A stretch of DNA of 64,000 nucleotides from Chthonomonadales bacterium (GTDB lineage: Bacteria > Armatimonadota > Chthonomonadetes > Chthonomonadales > CAJBBX01), in assembly GCA_037443035.1 (NCBI GenBank), contig JBBIPC010000003.1, forward strand, positions 122,951-186,950. Direction: 5' to 3'. This document shows positions 1 through 10,060 of the stretch, piece by piece. A program made the translations under genes and the position numbers. Under the pieces are notes generated by a model. It was not told the DNA's origin, made no database searches, and was given only the letters and a program-made list of their open reading frames with translations. How positions within the stretch are numbered: the first letter of the stretch is position 1; the number at the start of each line of letters is the position of its first letter.

Positions 1-300
1 GACACACGTACCGGCGTGTTTGGCGGCGCCACAGACGATCCGCTGGCGCGTCGTTTCACAACGGTTATGCGGGATCTCATCGCTGCGACGAATGCCGTGT
101 GTGCGCACCGGGCGTGGGCATCCATCGCGGAGGATGTGGAAGATCCCTCCTTCCTGACGACTCTCGAGGCGAACGCGGCTGCAGCACTTCCCAAACTGGA
201 GGAAGCCAGCAAAGCGGCTCGGCAGATCATAGCCGCGTATCCCAATACGGACGGCGCCAGGGTGTTGGGCGAGATACTGAACCGGATCGGGGCTGATTAG
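1..300 (+). CDS. Hypothetical helical protein, 3' end only (runs off the window)
   Basis: Frame is open from base 1 to TAG at 298-300; no recognisable motif. Confidence 0.5.
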   Translation, partial: DTRTGVFGGATDDPLARRFTTVMRDLIAATNAVCAHRAWASIAEDVEDPSFLTTLEANAAAALPKLEEASKAARQIIAAYPNTDGARVLGEILNRIGAD

Positions 301-375
301 CCAGCGGTCCTCATCACTCGAAGCTGGCGACGCGAGCAGCTGATCGGTGCCAGGACGAGAAGAGGTAGATAGCAC

Positions 376-1155
376 TTGCGCATACTGTTCATCGGTGATA
401 TCGTCGGGCGTACAGGACGAGAAGCGGTAGTGGCCCTTGCGCCCCAACTGCGTAACGAACTGAGCGCCGATTTCGTCATAGCCAATGCAGAGAATGCAGC
501 GGGAGGCGTGGGGATCACTCCGGCCCTGGCAACGGATCTGCTGACTAGGGCAGGCGTGGACGTGTTGACCCTCGGCAACCATGCGTGGGCCAAGAAGGAG
601 ATCTACCCGTACCTTCAGTCGGAGAGCCGGATCTTGAGGCCGCTGAACTATCCGCCCGGTGCTCCGGGGAGTGGATGCGGGGTCTATGAAACGACATGTG
701 GGGTGCTGGCTGTCATCGTCTTGCAGGGGCGCGTTTTCATGGAACCGGTGGATGATCCGTTCAGGGCCGTGGACCAAGAGTTGGTGAATCTCCAGGGTCA
801 CGCGAACGCCGTCGTAGTGGACATGCACGCTGAGGCGACGTCGGAGAAACAAGCGGTTGCATGGCACCTGGATGGGCGCGTCTCCGCTGTCATTGGCACC
901 CATACACATGTACAGACTGCGGACGATGGCATCCTCGAGGGGGGCACGGCGTACATTACCGATGTGGGCATGACCGGACCGACACAGTCTATTATCGGGA
1001 TGGCCCCCAAGGCCATCCTCGAGCGGTTCCGGACCAACCTGCCGGCACGCTTCGAGGCGGCAGACGGCCCAGCCGCATTACGGGCGGTGCTGGTGGACAT
1101 TAATGAAGCGAGCGGGCGTGCACGGCGTATCGAGCGGATTGTGCGCTCGGCGTAG
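376..1155 (+). CDS. ymdB: YmdB-family (TIGR00282) metallophosphoesterase
   Basis: Motifs ILFIGDIVG, NAENAAGG, TLGNH, RPLNYP, DMHAEATSEK, GTHTHVQTAD, TDVGMTGP; SD (AGAGG) before the TTG start. Confidence 0.93.
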   Translation: MRILFIGDIVGRTGREAVVALAPQLRNELSADFVIANAENAAGGVGITPALATDLLTRAGVDVLTLGNHAWAKKEIYPYLQSESRILRPLNYPPGAPGSGCGVYETTCGVLAVIVLQGRVFMEPVDDPFRAVDQELVNLQGHANAVVVDMHAEATSEKQAVAWHLDGRVSAVIGTHTHVQTADDGILEGGTAYITDVGMTGPTQSIIGMAPKAILERFRTNLPARFEAADGPAALRAVLVDINEASGRARRIERIVRSA

Positions 1156-1255
1156 TACAATAAGATGTAAGTTGAGGATAGTTCCCGCGTATCACAAAGA
1201 CGATCGGGGGACGAGAGAACAGGCTCGTGGATACAAGCCTGAACAGGAGCGAGCT

Positions 1256-2479
1256 ATGAAACGCATGTGGAGACCGTTCCTACCGGCGGGCGCATTCTTG
1301 CTGGCGCTCGGGATGCCGGGTCGTGCAGACATCGCCCTCTATGAGGGCCAGACTCCCCAGGCCTCTGGTCTGAAGCTCCTCCCCTGGGGAAGTGGCGAAG
1401 CGACCGAGAGCACCGAATACGTGTTCACAGGTATCAAGTCCATCAAGGTCAAGACCCACGGACGCTATCAGGGCGCAAGGTTGGTGCTAGAACGGCCGCT
1501 GGACCTCCGGCAGGTGGCGGCCTCACCGGCGTCGCAACTTGCCGTCACTGTCCTTGTGCCGGAACGCACGAGCACCGGCCGCTTGCGCGGAAGCCGCCTC
1601 GGACCGGGCGGCATGATGGGGCCTGGAGGCATGATCGGCCCGGGCGGCGCAGCGGGCTCTGGAGGAATGATGGGGCCGGGCGGCATGGCAGGCCCGGGCG
1701 GTCTTCGCGGCGGCCGCGGTGGTAGCATGACCGGTCCTCCTGGAATGGGTGGATCCGGCGGAATGACAGGTCCTCCCGGAATGGGTGGCTCGGGCGGCAC
1801 GACGTCTCCTGGCGGGTCTCGGAGCCAACGAGGTGGACGCGGTGGCTCGGGTGGCATGCTTGGCCCAGGAGGTCCTGGGGGAGACGGAACAGGAGGCGGT
1901 ATGCTGGGTCCCGGCGGCTCGGGCCGAGGTGCCACGTACGGCCAGGATCTGCTTGTCGAGCCGAAGCCCATCAAGAGCGTTCGCGTGGTCGTCGTCCTGA
2001 ACACCGGCAAGCAGGTGGACGTAACACTACCCCTGGAGTACACGCGGCCGAACCCGGAAGGTTGGCGGACGCTCTCCTTCCCCATCGCGGCGATCCCGGC
2101 ACTGAAGGGCGCCGAGGGGCAGATCACCGAAGTGCGCATCTTCGGTGATTCCGTCGGAACCATGTACGTCGGCGCCATCCGCGCGGTGGATGACCAGACT
2201 CCCATCCGTGTCGCGAACCTGCCGGAGCGGACCGTCGCCGTCAACGACAAGGTGACCTTCACCGCCTCTGCGGAGGCCGGCGTCTCCCAGCTCAAGTACG
2301 AATGGACCGTACTGAAGGCTGGAGAGAAGGTGGATCCGCTGCCGGTGGATGCCGAGGGTCGGGTTTTCGAGCATAAGTTCCGCAAGAGCGGCGAGTACGA
2401 CGTACACCTGACGGTGCGAGACGTCTACGGTCTCAAGGCGCCGGCACATACCGTAACGCGCGTCCGCGTGACCATGTAG
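1256..2479 (+). CDS. Secreted protein: beta-sandwich domain with a Gly/Met-rich insert and a C-terminal PKD-like domain
   Basis: SD AGGAG before ATG 1256; signal peptide MKRMWRPFLPAGAFLLALG; GPGGM repeats; C-terminal YEWT...FEHKFRKSGEYDVHLTVRD. Confidence 0.7.
   Translation: MKRMWRPFLPAGAFLLALGMPGRADIALYEGQTPQASGLKLLPWGSGEATESTEYVFTGIKSIKVKTHGRYQGARLVLERPLDLRQVAASPASQLAVTVLVPERTSTGRLRGSRLGPGGMMGPGGMIGPGGAAGSGGMMGPGGMAGPGGLRGGRGGSMTGPPGMGGSGGMTGPPGMGGSGGTTSPGGSRSQRGGRGGSGGMLGPGGPGGDGTGGGMLGPGGSGRGATYGQDLLVEPKPIKSVRVVVVLNTGKQVDVTLPLEYTRPNPEGWRTLSFPIAAIPALKGAEGQITEVRIFGDSVGTMYVGAIRAVDDQTPIRVANLPERTVAVNDKVTFTASAEAGVSQLKYEWTVLKAGEKVDPLPVDAEGRVFEHKFRKSGEYDVHLTVRDVYGLKAPAHTVTRVRVTM
1727..1798 (+). 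repeat. Imperfect 36-bp tandem duplication (2 x MTGPPGMGGSGG) inside the Gly-rich region
   Basis: atgaccggtcctcctggaatgggtggatccggcgga followed by atgacaggtcctcccggaatgggtggctcgggcggc; differences are synonymous. Confidence 0.85.
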
Positions 2480-2507
2480 GCCGCCGCCAGCATTCGGGAA
2501 CGTTCGT

Positions 2508-2546
2508 GGACCCCCTCGCTGGCTTATCGGCGAGGGGTTCCTGTTT
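2508..2546 (+). terminator. Probable intrinsic terminator
   Basis: CCCCTCGCTGG-CTTA-TCGGCGAGGGG hairpin followed by TTCCTGTTT. Confidence 0.6.
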
Positions 2547-2672
2547 CCAGGCGGCCCTTCCTCGCGGCACCTTCTCAGGGAACGGGAAGGAACTGCCAAC
2601 TGATACTACCGAATATGCCACCTGCTGATTGCTGGTCAAGCGTGACGCTAGAGTCCTCGAAGGAGGTGCACC

Positions 2673-3506
2673 ATGGCACTAGCATTGAAGGTGACGGACA
2701 GCGGCAGGACCAGGCTCTCCTCAGTGAACCCGGACTCCCACGACGGCCTGGAGCGCGAGCATGCCGAGGAGGCCATGGCTCGCCTCGGCGAGGAGCTGGG
2801 TGAACTCGCAGACCTCCTGTTCTACGCCGGCACGCATGCGCTGCTGGTCGTTCTTCAGGGACGCGACACAGCCGGCAAGGACGGCGCCATCCGACGCATC
2901 CTGCGCTATGTCAATGCCCAGAGCTGCCGGGTCGTCCCGTTCAAGGTTCCTGTTGGCCCCGAGATCGAACACGACTTCCTCTGGCGAGTCCATGCGCAGA
3001 CGCCAGGGCGGGGCAGCATCGCCCTCTTCAACCGGTCCCATTACGAGGACGTCCTTGTCGTGCGGGTCCACAACCTCGTGCCCGAGTCGGTTTGGCGTCG
3101 TCGGTACTCCCATATCAACACTTTCGAAGAGCTACTCTTGGATAGCGACACCATCCTGGTAAAGATCTTCCTGCACATCAGCAAGGACGAACAGGAGAGG
3201 CGACTTCTGGACAGAGAGAAGGAGGTGGAGAAGGCCTGGAAGCTCAACGTAGGAGACTGGGAGGAACGATCGTACTGGGACGCCTATGAGAAGGCCTACG
3301 AGGAGGTGTTCGAGCGCTGCAGCAGCAAGCGGGCGCCGTGGTACATCATCCCAGCGAACCACAAGTGGTTCCGCGATGTCGCTCTGCTAGAGACGCTGGT
3401 TCACGCCCTGCGCCCCTATCGGGACGACTGGGAGCGCCAGCTGCGGGCAATTGGCGACCAGCGCCGGCACGAACTGGAGGTTTTTCGCGCTAAGAACCAC
3501 TCGTGA
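2673..3506 (+). CDS. ppk2: Polyphosphate kinase 2 family protein (class III-like)
   Basis: QGRDTAGKDG Walker A, HDFLWR, FNRSHYEDVLVVRV, KIFLHISKDEQ, APWYIIPANHKWFR; SD AGGAGG. Confidence 0.92.
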   Translation: MALALKVTDSGRTRLSSVNPDSHDGLEREHAEEAMARLGEELGELADLLFYAGTHALLVVLQGRDTAGKDGAIRRILRYVNAQSCRVVPFKVPVGPEIEHDFLWRVHAQTPGRGSIALFNRSHYEDVLVVRVHNLVPESVWRRRYSHINTFEELLLDSDTILVKIFLHISKDEQERRLLDREKEVEKAWKLNVGDWEERSYWDAYEKAYEEVFERCSSKRAPWYIIPANHKWFRDVALLETLVHALRPYRDDWERQLRAIGDQRRHELEVFRAKNHS

Positions 3507-3515
3507 GGCGCACGC

Positions 3516-4150
3516 ATGCCATCAGAAGACAACCACGAGCACACCCTCGACGCTGGAACGGCCCTTCGTCAGCTCGACGGGCTCACTCGCTCCGAGCGCC
3601 AGTGCAACCGCTGGGTTACGTTCGCTCTCAGGACGGTCTGTGGCATGGCAACGCTAGCACTCCTCTTGACCGGACGGCTGGGCCGCGAGCGTCCAGGCGT
3701 CGTTGTTGGCTTAGCCGTGATCCTGGGGCAGCTCTTCGGCCTCTACGCAAGTTCCGTGCTGCTAGAGCATCGCCGCCTTGGTCTGCAGTGGCGTCGACTC
3801 GTCGAGTCTCGAGCATGGACGAGACGACGGCCGTACCGGTGCTCCTGCAGATCGAGTGGACTGACCCTAGGGTTGTAGCTGGCCGGTATGCTGTCCTCGA
3901 GCGCCTCCTGGCGCGCATGACCGACGCGGAGGGTCCAAGCCTGACCGACGCGCAGTATCGGGAACTGACGGCATTGCTGGCACCATGGACCGACGCACCA
4001 ACGACCCTGCGGAAGGTGGTTCTCGATGCCCTGGCGCGCATCTCGGACGAGCGGTCGGTCCGGTCCATGGAACGATCCGTCCAGTTGGCGGTCTGTAACT
4101 TATCCTTACGAAACCTGGTATGCTCTTGTAGTCCTGCATCATGGTTGTGA
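3516..4150 (+). pseudogene. Frameshifted or truncated 2-TM membrane protein with a HEAT-like helical region
   Basis: ORF from 3516 encodes two hydrophobic segments; protein-like sequence continues in another frame from about 3810 (MDETTAVPVLL...VVLDALARISDERSV) and then degrades near 4080. Confidence 0.5.
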
Positions 4151-4188
4151 CACACCTGGCAACCATCTGCAAGTAGAAGGGAAGGACA

Positions 4189-4932
4189 ATGCAGCAATAC
4201 CGCAAGCGATCAGGTTTCACCCTGATTGAGCTCCTGGTGGTCATAGCGATCATCGCAATCCTGGCCGCCATTCTGTTCCCCGTATTCGCCCGAGCACGGG
4301 AGCAAGCCCGAAAGACGGCTTGTCTCTCGAACCTCAAGCAGCTCGGTCTTGGCTTTCTCATGTACGCCCAGGACTATGACGAGCGGCTTCCTGGTGTCCG
4401 GTTCGGTGATGGCGCCGGACAGGGCTGGCCCTGGACCGTGTGGCAGGGGTCGGTGGATTGGACCGGCGTTTTCACCCATGCCGTCATGCCCTACCTCAAG
4501 AACCGTGGTATCCTCCAGTGCCCCAGCGGCACTGAAGTAGATCGCTGGAGTGGGACGAACGGCCTTAGCTACTGCTACAACGAGTACATGTACAACCTGG
4601 ATCAGGGATGGTCCATGCTGTCCCGCGTAAGCGGCGTCCAGGTTGGCCCTTCCAACGTCTCCATGCTGTCCGAGTGCTTCTCGAGCGGCATCTACATGGA
4701 CTGGGAGGGTGGTGGACCTGCCTTGCCTGACGGCACCATCGATGGCCTGAACAGGATCCGCTACCACACGTGGAACCCTTGGATGCCGAATCACGAGGGC
4801 ACGAACCTCACCTACGTGGACGGCCATTCCAAGTTCATCGCCAAGGATGCCATCCGCAGCTACAGGATGCCGTCGGGATGGACGGACAACCGCCAGCGGC
4901 CCGTCGTGTACCCAGGTGCCACCGAGCCGTAA
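4189..4932 (+). CDS. Prepilin-type N-terminal cleavage/methylation protein (DUF1559, H-X9-DG-like C-terminus)
   Basis: [72 protein letters not shown]. Confidence 0.93.
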   Translation: MQQYRKRSGFTLIELLVVIAIIAILAAILFPVFARAREQARKTACLSNLKQLGLGFLMYAQDYDERLPGVRFGDGAGQGWPWTVWQGSVDWTGVFTHAVMPYLKNRGILQCPSGTEVDRWSGTNGLSYCYNEYMYNLDQGWSMLSRVSGVQVGPSNVSMLSECFSSGIYMDWEGGGPALPDGTIDGLNRIRYHTWNPWMPNHEGTNLTYVDGHSKFIAKDAIRSYRMPSGWTDNRQRPVVYPGATEP

Positions 4933-4967
4933 GCCGCGGATCCCCTGAGAATACCGGAACGATCCGC

Positions 4968-5180
4968 ATGCGCAACCGAATCCTGATGACCGCGGTGGCG
5001 GGGCTCGTCTGTCTGCTAGCAGGATGCAGCAGCAAGCCCAAGCTGACAGAGGCGGAGAAGAACACACCACCTCCACCCGGTCCGCGCGAGTATGTGCCCC
5101 CACCGGCCGGTGCGGTACCCGGCCGGGCTGGTCGGCAGATGCCAGCGGCGCCACCGCCGACAACCACTCAGCCACGCTAG
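4968..5180 (+). CDS. Small Pro-rich lipoprotein (70 aa)
   Basis: MRNRILMTAVAGLVCLLAG|C lipobox and a Pro-rich tail; lies between the prepilin gene and a terminator. Confidence 0.7.
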   Translation: MRNRILMTAVAGLVCLLAGCSSKPKLTEAEKNTPPPPGPREYVPPPAGAVPGRAGRQMPAAPPPTTTQPR

Positions 5181-5185
5181 TCTCT

Positions 5186-5222
5186 GCGGCCCGGTTTCTG
5201 CCAGGTGGACCGGGCCGCGTTT
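5186..5222 (+). terminator. Intrinsic terminator
   Basis: 10-bp stem GCGGCCCGGT/ACCGGGCCGC followed by GTTT. Confidence 0.65.
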
Positions 5223-5324
5223 CCCCCTGACACCCCAGCGAGCCAGTCCGAAGCCGTACGGCGCACTATCTCCACGCCTGTCCATGGGGTACCCTGACAC
5301 CACCTTGTGACTGGAGAATCGCCC

Positions 5325-6998
5325 ATGCGTTCCGATAGAGTCAAGCGTGGTCTCGATCGTGCCCCCCACCGCGGCCTTCTGAAAGCGTGTGGGCTTACCG
5401 ACGCCGACATGGACAGACCCTTCATCGGCATCGCGAACTCCTACACGGATATCGTGCCAGGCCACATTCACCTCAACCGCTTCGCCGAGGTCGTCAAGCA
5501 GGCCGTCCGCGAAGCCGGAGGCGTCCCGTTCGAGTTCAACACCATCGGGGTGGACGATGGCATCGCCATGGGCCACATCGGCATGCGTTACTCGCTTCCG
5601 AGCCGCGAGCTCATCGCTGATGCAGTGGAAACCGTCGTGGCGGCCCACTGGTTCGATGGATTGGTTTGCATCCCCAACTGCGACAAGATTACGCCCGGCA
5701 TGCTCATGGCGGCCGTACGCCTCAATGTTCCCACCATTTTCGTCACCGGCGGGCCCATGCGTGCGGGACGACGGCCTGACGGTACAACGACGGACCTCAT
5801 CGGCATCTTCGAGGGCGTCGGCCAAGTCCAAGCCGGAACCATGTCGGAAGCGGAGCTCAAAGCGCTGGAAGACGTGGCATGCCCCGGATGCGGCTCCTGC
5901 GCCGGCATGTTCACGGCCAACTCCATGAACTGCCTGCTCGAGGCCATAGGCATGGCGCTGCCAGGAAATGGCACTGTTCTGGCGGATACGCAGGAAAGGC
6001 GCGATCTAGCACGGCGTGCCGGCCGGCAGATCCTGGAGCTGGTGAAGCAGGATATCAAGCCCAGGGACATCGTCACCATGGAAGCGGTAGACAACGCTTT
6101 CGCGCTGGACATGGCCATGGGTGGTTCCACGAACACGGTGCTTCACTCCATGGCCGTGGCTGTGGAAGCCGGCCTGGACTATCCGCTGGAGCGCGTGAAC
6201 GCCATCTCCGAACGTATCCCGTGCATCTGCAAGGTCTCGCCGTCCAGGCCCGAAGTGCACATGGAGGATGTGGACCGCGCCGGTGGCATCTCTGCTATAC
6301 TCGCGGAGTTGGCACGCAAGCCCGGTGCTCTCCATCTCGACACGCTCACGGTCACAGGGAAGACCCTGAGGGAGAACGTCGCCAACGCCGTCGTAAGAGA
6401 TCGGGACGTCATACGCTCTGTAGATCGGCCTTTCACCCCAGATGGCGGATTGGCGGTGCTGAGAGGCAATCTCGCGCCGAACGGTGCTGTCATCAAGAGC
6501 GCTGGTGTCGCTCCGGAGTGCTTCGTGTTCGAGGGTACCGCCATCGTCTTCGAATCGCAGGACGAGTGCCTCGCGGCACTCGCGAAGCGGCAGGTGCAGC
6601 CTGGCCATGTGGTCGTCATTCGCTACGAAGGCCCGTGCGGAGGTCCTGGTATGCCCGAGATGCTCTCGCCGACGAGCATGATCAAGGGGCAGGGACTGGG
6701 CACGCAAGTTGCTCTTGTCACGGATGGGAGGTTCAGCGGTGGTACCGCTGGCATGTGTGTCGGGCATGTCAGTCCGGAGGCTGCCGATGGTGGACCGATC
6801 GCACTGGTCAAGAACGGAGACCGTATCCGCCTGGACATTCCGGCGAGGAGCATTTCCCTTCTGGTGGACGACGCCGAGCTCGCCCGACGTCGTGCAGCCT
6901 GGACCAAGCCACCGCTGAAGATCACCACAGGCTGGCTCGGTCGCTACGCGCGTATGGTCACGAGCGCCGACACTGGAGCCGTCTTGCGGCCTCGTTAG
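5325..6998 (+). CDS. ilvD: Dihydroxy-acid dehydratase
   Basis: [77 protein letters not shown]. Confidence 0.97.
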   Translation: MRSDRVKRGLDRAPHRGLLKACGLTDADMDRPFIGIANSYTDIVPGHIHLNRFAEVVKQAVREAGGVPFEFNTIGVDDGIAMGHIGMRYSLPSRELIADAVETVVAAHWFDGLVCIPNCDKITPGMLMAAVRLNVPTIFVTGGPMRAGRRPDGTTTDLIGIFEGVGQVQAGTMSEAELKALEDVACPGCGSCAGMFTANSMNCLLEAIGMALPGNGTVLADTQERRDLARRAGRQILELVKQDIKPRDIVTMEAVDNAFALDMAMGGSTNTVLHSMAVAVEAGLDYPLERVNAISERIPCICKVSPSRPEVHMEDVDRAGGISAILAELARKPGALHLDTLTVTGKTLRENVANAVVRDRDVIRSVDRPFTPDGGLAVLRGNLAPNGAVIKSAGVAPECFVFEGTAIVFESQDECLAALAKRQVQPGHVVVIRYEGPCGGPGMPEMLSPTSMIKGQGLGTQVALVTDGRFSGGTAGMCVGHVSPEAADGGPIALVKNGDRIRLDIPARSISLLVDDAELARRRAAWTKPPLKITTGWLGRYARMVTSADTGAVLRPR

Positions 6999-7044
6999 GC
7001 CGATTGCAGGGCACGCGATCTCGTCTGCCAGCCCGCAAGGCTGG

Positions 7045-7074
7045 TTGACTCCGACACCGGTCATGCGGTAGAGT
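7045..7074 (+). promoter_or_regulatory. Putative sigma70 promoter of the pyr operon
   Basis: TTGACT-N18-TAGAGT just upstream of the PyrR binding loop. Confidence 0.55.
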
Positions 7075-7091
7075 GTCTTCGTCCGCCGAAA

Positions 7092-7126
7092 CCCTTTTAA
7101 GTGTGCCCAGTGAGGCCGCCAAAGGG
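7092..7126 (+). promoter_or_regulatory. PyrR binding loop (cis-regulatory RNA)
   Basis: CCCTTTTAA-GTGTGCCCAGTGAGGCCGCC-AAAGGG matches the CUUUAA...CCAGNGAGG...AAGG pattern and sits upstream of pyrR. Confidence 0.85.
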
Positions 7127-7204
7127 CTCCGCCAGTTAGGGCGGTTTCCGGCAAGCACCATCGTCCGGGCTACCGTTGTAACCGGTCCGCGAGCGCCTGT
7201 AACG

Positions 7205-7242
7205 CGCCTTCTCTGAGCCACCCTCGGGGAAGGCGTTTTGTT
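7205..7242 (+). terminator. Attenuator terminator of the pyr leader
   Basis: 13-bp stem CGCCTTCTCTGAG/CTCGGGGAAGGCG followed by TTTTGTT, ahead of the pyrR SD. Confidence 0.85.
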
Positions 7243-7254
7243 CAGGTGAGGTGA

Positions 7255-7812
<558 letters not shown>

Positions 7813-7841
7813 CCGGAAGTCATGAGAAGGGAACGTGCGTC

Positions 7842-8792
7842 ATGCATGATCTACTGAGCCTGCGCGAGACCAGCAAGGACGATATCCTCGGCATACTCAC
7901 GACTGCCGCCAGCCTCAAGGAGATCCTGAGACGGCAGGTCAAGAAAGTGCCCACTCTGCGCGGTCGTGTGGTCGTGACGCTTTTCTACGAGCCTTCCACA
8001 CGCACGCGTACATCCTTCGAACTCGCTGCCAAGTACATGAGCGCGGACGCCGTGAACATCAGTGTCGCCCAGTCGTCCGTCACCAAAGGGGAGTCCCTGA
8101 AGGACACGATCCGAACACTGCAGAGCGTAACCGCCAACTGCATCGTGATCCGACATTCGTCCTCGGGAGCTGCCCATCTGGCGGCCCGGTATGCGGATGT
8201 GCCCGTCATCAACGCTGGCGACGGACGCCACGAGCACCCGACCCAAGGATTGCTGGACGCGCTTACGATTGCCGAAGCGAAGCGGGCGGACAGTAGCTTC
8301 GATTTCTCCGGTCTGCATGTGAGTATCGTAGGCGATCTCGCCCATAGCCGCGTGGCCCGGTCCAACGTATGGTGCTTGACAAGGCTGGGGGCCCAAGTGC
8401 GATGGTGTGGCCCAGCCACACTCCTCCCGGCAGACGCAGACCGCCTGCCCATAAGCGTCCATACAGACCTCGAGGAAGGCATTCGGGATGCCGACGTCGT
8501 CATGGTGCTTCGTCTGCAGACCGAACGGCAGGAAAAAGGCCTGTTACCGAGCCTCCGCGAGTACGCACGTGTCTGGGGGGTCAACCTACGCACCCTGCGC
8601 TGGGCGAAACCAGACGTCCTCGTCATGCATCCTGGTCCCATGAACCGTGGTGTCGAGATTTCCGCCGAGGTGGCGGATGGAGCGGGCGGTACGCGAGTTG
8701 CCATCGAGGACCAGGTCCGGAATGGGGTTGCGGTGCGCATGGCTTGCCTCTATCTGCTGATGAGCGGAGAACGAGAGGAGGAAGCGGAATGA
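7842..8792 (+). CDS. pyrB: Aspartate carbamoyltransferase, catalytic subunit
   Basis: FYEPSTRTRTSF, NAGDGRHEHPTQGLLD, HSRVARS, LRLQTER, MHPGPMNRGVEI. Confidence 0.97.
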   Translation: MHDLLSLRETSKDDILGILTTAASLKEILRRQVKKVPTLRGRVVVTLFYEPSTRTRTSFELAAKYMSADAVNISVAQSSVTKGESLKDTIRTLQSVTANCIVIRHSSSGAAHLAARYADVPVINAGDGRHEHPTQGLLDALTIAEAKRADSSFDFSGLHVSIVGDLAHSRVARSNVWCLTRLGAQVRWCGPATLLPADADRLPISVHTDLEEGIRDADVVMVLRLQTERQEKGLLPSLREYARVWGVNLRTLRWAKPDVLVMHPGPMNRGVEISAEVADGAGGTRVAIEDQVRNGVAVRMACLYLLMSGEREEEAE

Positions 8793-10060
8793 GGCTCGTC
8801 CTCAGAGGCGGACGGATCATTGACCCATCCCAATCCATGGATCGCGTTGCCGATGTGGTTATCGCCGACGGGGTTGTCGAAGCGATCACCGACCCCGGCG
8901 CTGTCCATGATGCGGAGGTTCGCGACGTCACCAACCTTCTCGTGACACCAGGTCTCATAGACATACACGTGCATCTTCGCGAGCCGGGCTTCGAATACAA
9001 AGAGGACATCGAGACTGGGACGCGCGCTGCAGCCGCCGGAGGCTTCACCGCTGTATGTTGCATGCCGAATACGCGTCCAGCCATAGACACACCAGCCGTC
9101 GTCAGGCAGATCATCGAGCGTGCGGATGAAGTTGGTGCAGCCCGGGTCTATCCGATCGCCTCCCTGACATGCGCCATGGCTGGCGATCAGCTTGCTGAGA
9201 TAGCTGACCTCAAGGCGGCGGGAGCCTGCGCTATCTCCGACGACGCCTTCCCCGTGCAGAACGCCGAGACCATGCGGCGCGGCATGGAATACTGCGCTCA
9301 GTTCGGCCTGACAGTCATGACCCACAACGAGGACCAAGCACTGACCCGTGGTGGTGCCATGCACGAAGGCTACACTGCCACCGTCATGGGGGTGCCGGGT
9401 ATCCCGGCGGTTGCGGAGGACATCGGCGTAGCCCGGAACATCCTGCTGGCCGCACTTACGGGCTGCCGGCTGCACCTGCTGCACCTCTCCACGGCCCGAG
9501 GCGTCGAGCTACTGCGATGGGCAAGAGAACGGGGCTGGCCTGTCACCGGCGAGACGGCACCCCACTATCTAACCCTTACCGACGATGCGTGCCTAGGGTA
9601 CGACACGAACGCCAAGATGAACCCGCCGCTGCGCACGGACGCCGATCGTCAAGCCCTTATCCAGGCGGTCGCAGATGGCGACGTGGACGCCATCGCCACC
9701 GATCACGCGCCACACGCGCCGTACGAGAAGGAGAGGGAGTTCGATCAGGCACCGTTCGGCATCGTCGGTCTCGAGACGGCCTTCGCCCTGGTCTTCACCC
9801 ATCTCGTCTTGTCAGGCCGGTTGAGCCTCCAGCAGATGATCAGGCTCATGAGTACCGGACCAGCAGCGGTCCTAGGTCTGCCGGGTGGCACTCTGCAACC
9901 GGGATCGCCGGCGGACCTGAGCGTCTTCGATCTGGACGAGCGGTGGGTAGTCGAGCCAACGATGTTTCGCTCGAAATCCCGCAATACCCCGTTTGGCGGC
10001 TGGAAGCTGCAAGGCAAGGCGAAGTTCACCGTCGTAGGTGGTCGCATCGTTGAAGACTAG
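8789..10060 (+). CDS. pyrC: Dihydroorotase
   Basis: PGLIDIHVHLREPG, CMPNTRP, KMNPPLR, ATDHAPH, APFGIVGLET, SKSRNTPF; ATGA overlap with pyrB. Confidence 0.96.
   Translation: MRLVLRGGRIIDPSQSMDRVADVVIADGVVEAITDPGAVHDAEVRDVTNLLVTPGLIDIHVHLREPGFEYKEDIETGTRAAAAGGFTAVCCMPNTRPAIDTPAVVRQIIERADEVGAARVYPIASLTCAMAGDQLAEIADLKAAGACAISDDAFPVQNAETMRRGMEYCAQFGLTVMTHNEDQALTRGGAMHEGYTATVMGVPGIPAVAEDIGVARNILLAALTGCRLHLLHLSTARGVELLRWARERGWPVTGETAPHYLTLTDDACLGYDTNAKMNPPLRTDADRQALIQAVADGDVDAIATDHAPHAPYEKEREFDQAPFGIVGLETAFALVFTHLVLSGRLSLQQMIRLMSTGPAAVLGLPGGTLQPGSPADLSVFDLDERWVVEPTMFRSKSRNTPFGGWKLQGKAKFTVVGGRIVED

Noticed and set aside
1600..1925. CRISPR-like or VNTR array
   Set aside because: Repeats are in-frame with synonymous variation and no spacers; they encode Gly-rich protein sequence
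4210..7154. Long antisense or alternate-frame ORFs (e.g. 4210-5175, 5879-7048, 6006-7154; likewise 36613-37824 and 55358-56560)
   Set aside because: Shadow ORFs over well-supported genes, expected at high GC; no motifs
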